A DNA stretch of 64,000 nt. It comes from Phoronis australis. Its lineage: Eukaryota > Animalia > Phoronida. Under the pieces are notes generated by a model, which ran no database searches, had not been told where the DNA came from, and worked only from the letters and a program-made list of their open reading frames with translations. A program made the translations under genes and the position numbers. Location of the stretch: NCBI GenBank assembly GCA_002633005.1, contig NMRA01000118.1:806707-870706 (forward strand), read 5' to 3'. Of the stretch, positions 53,812 to 64,000 are shown piece after piece (within the stretch, counting starts at the first letter, position 1; each line of letters opens with the position of its first letter).

Positions 53812-56278
53812 GACGGGGAGACCGGGGCTATTTCGGTCCCGGGGATAGTTGAGCCACCGCCCCAACCTCCGCTATTATGTGCACTTTCAACCTCAGTCAT
53901 TTTGAGCAATCACGTGACTTGTACCACTACACTAAAACCACGCTGGTCCAAGTGTTTTTCTTGATCTGATAGGCAACGATTGGTTTTTAACCCAGGTGAG
54001 TAAATTTTGGAGCTTCACTCGATTCAGTGCTGGCCATAAGCCGTGAGCAGTGATGTAAAATTGTTTTGTTCGTGGGTTTTAACAACAGCTTGCTCTTCAA
54101 GACAAGCCATGTGTTTTTTCAGATTCCTCAGTGATTGATGAGGTAATCTCGTGTGTTTTCCATTTAGGGCCGAACTTGCCCCGTTCACTTTACTTGTGAT
54201 ATATCATCAATAATTTTTTTTTCAGAAAATTTAATTAGTAGTATTCTTCCTGAAATTGCCCAAACTCATCTTAAATATGTTTCTTTTGTAGCGCATTGTC
54301 ATTTTGTAGGTTTGTGAACAGAACATGTGATTTTTAAACGTAAATACTTTTATGGGCACTAGAAATGTGAAAGTGTTTTACTCTATGTCTGATGCGAAGC
54401 CACAACGGGTTAAAAGTAAGCCGTCTGGCTTGTGATCTACATTTGCGGGGTATCGTCTGTCTTGAACAAATAAAATGCCAAGTTTTAATTATCATTTGTT
54501 TATCTTTTTCAGAGTTTTTCCCTAACCATGGATCGACATTACTACAAAAGAAAAACTAAATCAAGAGAACCAGATACTGGGCAGCGGTCAGACCATCCCA
54601 CCCTTCTTGATTTATTTTCGAGTGCATTATAAGGAATACTTTATAAATGAAGCACCTGCTGGCTCAAAAGGAACCGCTCATCCATCAGGCTGGATGACAG
54701 TTGACAACTTCACCATGTTTCTTCTGAATTTCGTTGAAAATGTCAAACCATCAAAAGATGCTCCCGTACTCATTCTTCTTGATAACCACGATTCACATCT
54801 ATCCATCAATGCCTTGGACTCAATTTACGAGGTTCAGGCGTTAGCGCTCATTACTATGGGGCAGTTTGTAAGACCCCAGAATCGCCTACCCAACCTGAGC
54901 AATCCCTGGGGTCAGATTCAGCAGCCCGTGATTGTCGATAATCAAGGAAAAGGGTCGTTTTTCGTCACCCGTGTGTCTGTTCATGAACATTAGGCCTACA
55001 TTCCTAGAAAACAGCATCTTCTACTAACTCCTCGTTGTACTAAATCATTTGATTCGGTTCGCAATGCCCTACCCCATATCATCAATAGCCTTCCTGAAAG
55101 TGTTTCCCAAAAATTTTTTACCCATTCGTTATCCCCTGTTATCAATTATTTTAAAAATGTTTGTTTTGAAAGTTATGAACTTGAGTGCATTATTCCCAAC
55201 TGCTTTGTGTGTAATTATTTTCGATAATCTCTCCTAGTCTTTTTACAAGTAATTTTAAATTACATTATCACCTAATTTTGTAATTCTGATTATCTATAAC
55301 ACTGTATTTTTTATTCTCTGGTGGCTCCTTCAGGTCCTTCACAGAATCTTTATAAGCGTAGATTTGAATTAATTGTATTTTTGTCGTAACGTGAAAAAAG
55401 TGTATTACTACTACTACTACTACTACAGACAGTAAGACCACACCCAACAGCTCCACCGTGCAAAACCACAGGTGGAAACAGAAAACGGACAAAAATTGGC
55501 CATTCTCACCTACACACCTGAGACGGAGGCCCCGAGAGAAGAACAGGTTAAGTGAAAGAAGAAGAAACCTGCGAGAAAGCTTGCTGTTAACACAAAACCA
55601 AAACAAAGAGAAATCGCCATCCCCATCATCAGACAGCAAGCGTGAACAGGAGTGTTTTGCCTCGTTTGTCTAGAGCCATATTCTAACAGCAGGAGTAGAG
55701 AAAAGTGGGTCCCCTGCGTTGAATGCAAAGAGTGGGCCCATATGGAATGCGCTGACGATGGGATGCTGTCCTCCTTTGTGTGCCACAGGTGTAACTCGGA
55801 TGAGAACTAAAGCAAATACGTTTAAACTCTCACGTTGTTTACTTTTAATAGCTCAATAAGTAAAAAAGTAGCATTCCATCATCAGTTTAGTAGGTGAAAG
55901 ATTATGATATTTGCGAAGTATTTTTAATAGCATTCAAGCTCTAGTTGTTGTGTAATTTACGGCCCTTTGGGACAAATAAACAGGCATACACTAACACAAA
56001 ATTGTGCAAAAAATTTTGTTTTTGTTCATTTTAAGAGTACTGCAATGGAGGCCGAACTTGCCCCGCGAGTGGGCCCAACTTGCCCTGGACGGGGCAAGTT
56101 GGGCCCCCGAAGGTGGACATTTTAAAACGAAAATTACTACAAGACCGGTGCATTTACATTGCATGTTGGCTGACGGACCGCACTTCTCGCACAGCGCTTA
56201 TGGATGAACCAGCTTAAATAGTTTCCACAATATTGCACTTTTTCAAAAAAGGGTCGAACTAGCCTCGGTCTTCCGCCG
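53812..56278 (+). mobile_element. Internally deleted pogo-like (DDE_1) transposon with C-terminal PHD finger
   Basis: Imperfect TIRs (GAGACCGGGGCTATTTCG / CGAACTAGCCTCGGTCTT) flanked by TA. A DDE_1 fragment lies at 54600-54820 (PSGWMT..PVLILLDNHDSH) and a PHD finger at ~55655-55810 (CLVC..WVPCVECKEWAHMEC..FVCHRC). Confidence 0.8.
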
Positions 56279-56285
56279 TACGTAC

Positions 56286-56547
56286 CATGCGCGCACCCAG
56301 GGGCGGGGGGTCGAACGAGCCCCCCATTTGGCGAAGTGGGCAAAAAAGAACCGCGTCGCCCACGAGTGACAAAAAGTCCGAGAAAATGGGACAAAAGTCC
56401 ATTAAAGAAGCGCTAACGCGCAATTCACATTGGTGCTCTCCCGTTTTATTTTTTTCTTTAGTCCGCCCGCTCTTTTGTTAGCAAAAAGTTCCCAATGTCG
56501 GCAATTCGAGCCCCCCCCGTCCGTATTGAAGGCTGGGTGCGCGCATG
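56286..56547. mobile_element. GC-rich MITE with CATGCGCGCACCCAG TIRs
   Basis: CATGCGCGCACCCAG ... CTGGGTGCGCGCATG. The same ends (CATGC / GGGTGCGCGCATG) flank the N gap at 25428-25555. Confidence 0.7.
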
Positions 56548-58106
56548 CGAACTTGAGCGGTTACCCTCAATATTCCGAAGTCAGCGCCTTAAAATGCAGT
56601 GTTACTCTTGGTACAATCTATCAAGCTCACTGGTGAGCTTTGTAGCTTGTCGAAAAACAGCATTTTGGTCCTTTATGGCTCAGTTCCGCCTTTTTAATAT
56701 TATTACTAAACCTTCGGTCGGACTAGTGCACCTTCATACTAGTTAGCTTCTCCCGTTTTTAGTCCATAGACGTGCGCAACTAAAGCATATATATTTATAG
56801 GGCACAAGATATTCTCGAGAGAAACTAACGACAGCACGGTACGTCGAAACACGTATATCTGTCCGAGAGGTGTGCTTTGCAGTCATGCCTAGACTTGCAA
56901 TAACGATTTACAGTTGTTCTCCCATAGAACAGCCCTTCAAGCCGCATCTTTAAAAACCATTTAAATTTGTAGAGCACCTTCCCAAACTTGATTTGGTTTA
57001 TACCTAACGTTTTTGACGTGCACAGCTTTTTCACCAGTACTAAAACCACAACGGTAGAGCAAAGACAATATATTTGGATAATAGATTACAAACCAACGAC
57101 TTCTGCAGCTGTAATTATGTGACAAATATTATAGAACCTGTTAGCATCTTGAGAAGTGTACATGCCGAACCCATCAGTCATTGGAAGTTAGCAGAACAAC
57201 CAAGGACACATGAGAGCAAAACCCTCACCTGAACAGGCAAGGAATATGGCCAACTACCCTTGTGACAGCACTGAATCCAGATTAGCCAGTAAGAGGAATG
57301 TTTAAGCACAGGGACACAAAAGAAATGTACTTATTGGAATAACACGGGAAGAACAGTTACAGTACAATCTAACCTAGTACCCAAAATGCCCAATAGGCAG
57401 AATACACAATTTACATATAGGAATGACATAAGCATGGCGCTGATTGCATCTAATATACATATAATATACAAAAGATATATAAATCTGATAAGCAAATAAG
57501 CATCTCTTAAATTGAAAATAAAATGATTTTTAAGAAATCAATTCTTCATGACTTTGAAATAGGACTGAAAGGTTATCAAAGAAGTGCACATTAACTGGAA
57601 TTACATACATGTAGTAACGGAATGGTACAAATAGGACAACTGACATGTGACAAATACAGATGGCAATCGACTTGTTGAACAATTATTCATAATAAGTGCA
57701 AACCATCAATAAAATGAAAAAGCTAACTGCCTCCAAAAACTGATTGGATCTTAATTATTTCAAATAATGCCAAAGGCTTATGAGTTCTAATTAAGACGTC
57801 AAGCCATGACTGAAACTACACATTACGACCCACATAGGACTCAAAATTAATCAATTCAAAACCCATTAATAACTAAAAGACTACTACACATTGTACATGA
57901 GCCACCACTGTTAAATACAAAAGTCACTATAGTATTACTGGATAACAGTTAGCACTGTCCCCACAAAAGCATGGCGACCGGCGGGTAATAACACATAGCA
58001 AGATCCATACATCTCGAGTAAGAACAATGCCAAGTTCACCTGCCCCATGTTACAACGGGACAGAGCACGCTTGAGGCGGTTCATCTCAACGTTAGATAGT
58101 ACTTAA

Positions 58107-61100
58107 TTAAGACTGCTGCTCCGTGTCGTAGGCTTTGGTCATCAGACAGGCAAAAACTGTCATGACCATTTTCTGATTGACTTCAACAATGTCCTCTGGA
58201 AGAGCGTAGACACGGCAACCAATCTTTCGCGCCATCGATATGGCATATTTGGCATTAGCAAGCTTGTCCTGCAAAGCAAATTTCATAGAAATAATTACTT
58301 CAAAACCAAGATTTGTAAAATGTTGAATAACGAGCACACAATAAACAATCGAAGAGGTAATGTAGACACTTTAGCAAGTGAAAAAGCTGCGCATTACTGC
58401 CAAGCTGAAATAAGATTTGAACTGCTACCTCATCTGAGCCATCCGGCCCACAGTCACGTACTGTCGAAGGAGAGATAGCGCCAGGCTGGAGGGCATCAAT
58501 AAGGTCAAGAATTACACGAGCATCTGATAGAGCCGAGTCATGGAATGAGGTGACCTTTGAGGTTTTACCACTGGACTTGAGCTGAAATGAGGAGATGAGA
58601 CATGTCAATCACATGACAACGCAGAGGTTGTATTGGGGTTAATGTGAGCAAGTAAGAGAGAGCAGAGGATGGACATAACACTATCATTTTAACATTAGTC
58701 ACACTTTGAAGTTATACATATTCAGTGGTTTACACTTTATTTCCTTTGGTTCCCTTCATACTTCTTGTCGTGACTTAGACAAAGCATTGTTAAGAAGTAC
58801 TACATGGCTCCAGACAGTGCTTGAACAGGGCCACAGGCAATTAGTGACAAATAGGCACGATTGAAAACCATACTATGACAATGCAAGTGTTTAACGCGTC
58901 ACATTACTGAAGGTCCATCAGACAAGAACAGTCAGAAGTAAACATGCAAAAACCACAAATTTTCCAAGCTCTGCAAAGCACTGCACAATTTACCCTGGAG
59001 CGCTCCAGTATGCTCCCGTTTTGACCCCCAGGAATTGGAGTGAATGAAATGTCAGTCATGTGATGCACATAGACTGCAGTCTGACTGATTACCAGTCAAT
59101 GTACCATGTTGTTGGTAAGGCAGCGAAAGATATGTAACTTTGCACAAGGCTTCAGCAACTTCAGCAAGTTTACAACTCAAACTTGATCTGTTTACAACAT
59201 GCCGACTGTCAACTTCACTCAGCGTAATTCAAGTGCACTGTTAAGCAAAATAACAGCATTTAGGAGCTTCAGGTGAATACTTTTGATGCCTACTGAAGAT
59301 ACATCTATCGGTCATTGAACAAGACAGCATTGCGTCCTACAGATTAACCCGAGCATACCTTCTCATTGGCCCACTCAATAATTTGTTTGTCTTCAATAGG
59401 CTTGTCTGTTCCTGTGAGACGCGTCAGAATGGCCAGGGTGTATGCTCTCATCAGCTGCCATACCAGGGCTGCAATAGAATGACTGGAAGTAAGCACTACA
59501 ACTCAGGTAAGTGTATGGCCTTGTTTAGGCGCACTTGAAAGGAAGACAGTCAACTGGAGATGACAAAACCTTGATATGAATGCCAAACATTACACAGTGT
59601 ACAATTCTGGGCTAGCTAGGTATCAGTTTGAACTTGAGGCAAAACCTTGATATTCAAGTCAAAATACATTATGTGCACTTGCTTAACAGAGTACAATTAA
59701 CTATAATCAACTGTTAGGTGTAATAACGTCACATTAAAGTATGACAAACCAAATCACCAGTAAGACACAATAACGTTAAAATACCTCAGTGAAGTGTTCA
59801 ACAACAGTGCTATTCTACTTTAGTTGACAAAGGTGCTGTTGTTTTGCTAAATAATTCTGGCATGAAGTGCGTCAAAGTTTGACCAAGTTCCGTCGAAGTT
59901 TGTTCAGTTTATTTTGAATGCTACAGTACACATGAGTGGTGAGCTATCCTGTCAAATACATGCGACTATGTTATAAGTTGGCAACATCAATAAGCAGTGC
60001 CAAGCATAGTATCAACATAATAAGCAGTGCCACGCATAGTATCAACGTCAATAAGCAGTGCCAAGCATAGTATCATCGTCAATACGCAGTGACAAGCACA
60101 GTATCAACGTCAATAAGCAGTGCCAAGCATACTATCAACGCCAATAAGCAGTGCCAAGCATACTATCAACGCCAATAAGCAGTGCCAAGCATACTATCAA
60201 CGCCAATAAGCAGTGCCAAGCATACTATCAACGCCAATAAGCAGTGCCAAGCATACTATCAACGCCAATAAGCAGTGCCAAGCATACTATCAACGCCAAT
60301 AAGCAGTGCCAAGCATACTATCAACGCCAATAAGCAGTGCCAAGCATACTATCAACGCCAATAAGCAGTGCCAAGCATACTATCAACGCCAATAAGCAGT
60401 GCCAAGCATACTATCAACGCCAATAAGCAGTGCCAAGCATACTATCAACGCCAATAAGCAGTGCCAAGCATACTATCAACGCCAATAAGCAGTGCCAAGC
60501 ATACTATCAACGCCAATAAGCAGTGCCAAGCATACTATCAACGCCAATAAGCAGTGCCAAGCATACTATCAACGCCAATAAGCAGTGCCAAGCATACTAT
60601 CAACGCCAATAAGCAGTGCCAAGCATACTATCAACGTCAATAAGCAGTGCCAAGCATACTATCAACGCCAATAAGCAGTGCCAAGCATACTATCAACGTC
60701 AATAAGCAGTGCCAAGCATACTATCAACGCCAATAAGCAGTGCCAAGCATACTATCAACGTCAATAAGCAGTGCCAAGCATACTATCAACGCCAATAAGC
60801 AGTGCCAAGCATACTATCAACGTCAATAAGCAGTGCCAAGCATACTATCAACGCCAATAAGCAGTGCCAAGCATACTATCAACGCCAATAAGCAGTGCCA
60901 AGCATACTATCAACGTCAATAAGCAGTGCCAAGCATACTATCAACGCCAATAAGCAGTGCCAAGCATAGTATCAACATCAACAGGCAGTGCCAAGCATAG
61001 TATCAACATCAACAGGCAGTGCCAAGCATAGTATCAACGTCAAAAAGCAGTGCCACGGATAGTATCAACGCCAATAAGCAGTGCCAAGCATAGTATCAAC

Positions 61101-63776
61101 GCCAATAAGCAGTGCCAAGCATAGTATCAACGTCAACAGGCAGTGCCAAGCATAGTATCAACGTCAATAAGCAGTGCCACGCATAGTATCAACGTCAATA
61201 AGCAGTGCCACGCATAGTATCAACGTCAATAAGCAGTGCCAAGCATAGTTAATCAATATCAATAAGCAGTGCCAAGCCTAATATCAACGTCAATAAGCAG
61301 TGCCGAAGCGCAGTATCAGCAACACCTGAAAACAAATCTAACACATCACTTCCTCACCATGCATTTCCCTTCACCCATCATATTCCACAACTCACCAAGT
61401 GTCAGTGTCTGGTTTCCGTCCACAATATCCTGTCCACCAATTCCGACCAATGAGAACTTGCATTTTTGGCCCAGTTCTATAGCGTAGTTACCATTTTCTG
61501 CAAATACAAATCAGCTAAATGTAAAACACAGGTAACACACAGGTAACAACCAATATATGCATCTGAAGTTCTGATGCAAGTTTATCATTTTCACAAAAGT
61601 AGGCGAATGTCTTGAACACGATTATTTAACGTTCCAACAAACCAACTCCAGGTCTTCCCCAACACAACATTCTCATTTGTCAGTGATGAGCACACTTCCA
61701 TAAGCCATGAATCACTTTTCAGTGCTCTTTTTTATCGTTATCAAAAATGTTTGTTAAATATTATCAGGAACATAAAATCCAGTACGAGACAGTACACACG
61801 AGATAAAGGGTAGAAGTAAAGTTTAAAAGAACCGCACGGGCATCACAATCACGCAGACACTGTGTCAGGGCTCGGAATGAACAATGACAAAAAACACGGA
61901 AACTTTTACGGACCAAACCATGCGCGCTACCCAGCCTTAATGAAATGGTCGATGTGAAACTTTCGCCGACAAAAATCGGGAGGACTAAAAAAAAAAAGAA
62001 AAAACAAAAAAATAAAAATAAAACAACAACGTTACCACCATCGGCAGCATGCGTCCGCGTGTCTGCGTCTTTTTAGCTCTTCCATCCACTCCCAACCCAC
62101 ACATTTGTGGCTGTAAAGCTGTAGTATTTGTCACCGCGGTTAACAATCACACGAGATGCCATTGAAAATCCCACCACGCTATCCCAGATGCCCCGGCAAT
62201 GTTGACAATTTACATTCCTCCGAAACATAAATAGCAACTTCCGCTTCTCGAGGTGAACGTCGTCTGCAACGCCACGGTAAGAAAGGAATTTGCCGCGGAA
62301 ATTTTATATCAAATCCGATTTTTTTACGCGGAAATATAACAAGAGCAACGCGGAGCGTTGAAATGCGCCCACAATTGCACCGCATACGGTATCCTTCTAG
62401 GGTTGTTTATTGGTACCATCAAGTGGCCAGTAGAGGGCATACTTTGCAAAATGGAAAGGCATGGTCATTGTCTCCTCAATAGGCTAGGGGCAAAATGTGA
62501 GTAATCTTCATAATACAAGCACATCCTATACACCAGTTGCTTAAAGCACCACAGAAACATAGAATTAAAAACAAATTTACCAACATACGAGATTAGCACA
62601 GCATTAGAATGCCAGAAACAAATTTCTACTTGGAACTTTTCCTTCACAGTCACGAAGTAACACAAAGTATACACCTGAAGACCTATGAAAATACAGAGGT
62701 CAATGTAAAATACTAAAATTGCCACTAGAGGCAAATACTAAAATTGCCACTAGAGGCATACCGGTAATCAGAATCATCCTAAAGTCGTCATTGTCCGTTG
62801 TCAACATCACATAAATACACTTGCTAAATTTAGTAAAGATCCTGCAAACGGTTTGGGAGATACAGCCATGGGCGCAAAAAAACAAAACTGCCACTAGGAG
62901 GCGCCACAGTAGTCCAAATCGTCTGAAAATCATTGTCAGCTGTCTTCCTTATAGTAAGCACATACACGCCAATTTTCACAATCATCCTTTGAGCGGTTTG
63001 GTTGATAGAGGGGTGGACGCAAAAATACAGACTCGAAAACAGTAAAAATGGCCACTAGGTGGCGCAAACTACGTCGAATCCATCTGAAAACAGTAGGATA
63101 GCGTCATCTCACTAATAGGTGCCTACATACCAAATTTCATGAAAATCCGTTCAATACTTTTGAAGATACAAAGGTAAGCGTAAAAAACTAAAATTGCCAC
63201 TAGGGGGCACACCGGTAGTCGGATCCGTCCGAAAGTTCGCACATGCCGTCCCATTCATGAATGGAACACATGTGCCAAATTTCATGAACGTATGTCAAAG
63301 GGTTTTGGAGATAGAGCAGCGGACGCCGGACGCCGGACAGACGCCGCCCGGACGGACGGACGGACAGACGGAGATGACGGCATAATGCGACCACATATAA
63401 ATATGTGGGCGCATAATAAAATGCGCGGACAGAACATTTGAAAAAAGCGGAAATCCGCGTTTCCGCGGAAAATTCCAAGCCTTGCTGTGTAGATGGTTGT
63501 CGCTTAGCACATTTGCCGAGCGTGCTTCATATGAAATACAAAAACCTGTTATCATACATGTCAATAGTCTGAACGCGTACATGCAGCCAATTGACATACC
63601 AATTTCCTTGAATCGTTTTGTCGTCGGCTTGAATGTCTTCTGTATGCGAGCTGGATCGACAATGCCTGGCTTGATAATGTTGTATAGTTGGAAGAGCACA
63701 AGACCATTGCACAGGTCATTGTAAATGTAGTTGACGAAGGGTGACACGCCCAGACTGTTCATCCAGTTGCGATAAG
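58107..63776 (-). CDS. PLS3: Plastin/fimbrin, last five exons (CH3-CH4 actin-binding domain 2); gene continues beyond the window
   Basis: Exons: 63776-63600 ([21 protein letters not shown]), 61497-61396 ([30 protein letters not shown]), 59468-59359 ([12 protein letters not shown]), 58581-58429, 58268-58107 ([39 protein letters not shown]). Introns are GT-AG with consistent phases. The symbol marks the family only; the gene is likely co-orthologous to PLS1/LCP1/PLS3. Confidence 0.95.
59984..61318. repeat. 31-bp minisatellite, roughly 43 copies, in a plastin intron
   Basis: Unit AAGCATACTATCAACG(C/T)CAATAAGCAGTGCC, with a homogeneous core and divergent edges. Confidence 0.97.
61866..63484 (-). 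mobile_element. Non-autonomous TIR transposon with 6-bp TSD, copy 2 (interrupted by a nested insertion)
   Basis: CTGTGT|CAGGGCTCGGAAT ... ATTCCAAGCCTTG|CTGTGT; a reverse-orientation homologue of 12351-14539. Confidence 0.8.
62338..63418. mobile_element. Helentron/HINE (DINE-1-like) non-autonomous element nested in the 6-bp-TSD transposon
   Basis: Starts AACAAGAG with a short hairpin CAACGC-GGA-GCGTTG, has internal GCCACTAG repeats and a (GGAC)n microsatellite, and ends with a hairpin ATGCGACCACATAT-AA-ATATGTGGGCGCAT. It splits a T-rich site that is contiguous in the 12351 copy. Confidence 0.65.
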
Positions 63777-64000
63777 CTGGAATGGAAAGATAAGTCATTC
63801 AACTGGAAAGTAAATATCTGCAGTATTCATCCTCTCTGTAACAAGCAAAAACACACTGGAAACACACTATCTAGTGCACATAAATATACATTTCACAATA
63901 TCTTGTGCCATCTGTTACACCCAAGATGTCAAAGAAACCCCCTCCTGGGAGAGTTAGTACCATAGTATGCTTCAGTGACCAAACTGGAGAGGACAAATGT

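Noticed and set aside
59984-61318. CRISPR array (31-bp repeats)
   Set aside because: Units are head-to-tail with no unique spacers, there are no cas genes, and the array lies in an animal intron.

Overview
AT-rich, intron-rich eukaryotic DNA from an invertebrate animal. A lophotrochozoan or similar marine invertebrate is plausible from gene content, but that is inference. Five spliced protein-coding loci can be reconstructed by hand: (1) complete 10-exon cytosolic NADP-isocitrate dehydrogenase IDH1 (+, 5695-21266, 409 aa); (2) a 6-exon secreted protein with two ShKT domains fused to a bacterial-like propeller-type domain (+, 28066-36119), with an in-frame stop in a skippable ShKT exon; (3) a 2-exon secreted protein with a fibrinogen/intelectin-type 'YCEM..GGG' motif (-, 43194-44400); (4) a signal-peptide, probably GPI-anchored NtA/TIMP-like protein (-, 48836-49453); (5) the last five exons of plastin/fimbrin (-, 58107-63776). 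The rest is dense in mostly non-autonomous DNA transposons (6-bp-TSD hAT-like, TTAA Kolobok-like, pogo-like, 9-bp-TSD MULE-like, Harbinger-like, Helentron-like), LINE fragments and minisatellites. The best finding is that IDH1 ends in the readthrough context TGA-CTA, followed by an in-frame extension ending SKL-stop. This suggests a cryptic peroxisomal isoform made by stop-codon readthrough. All calls were made by eye, with no database searches.
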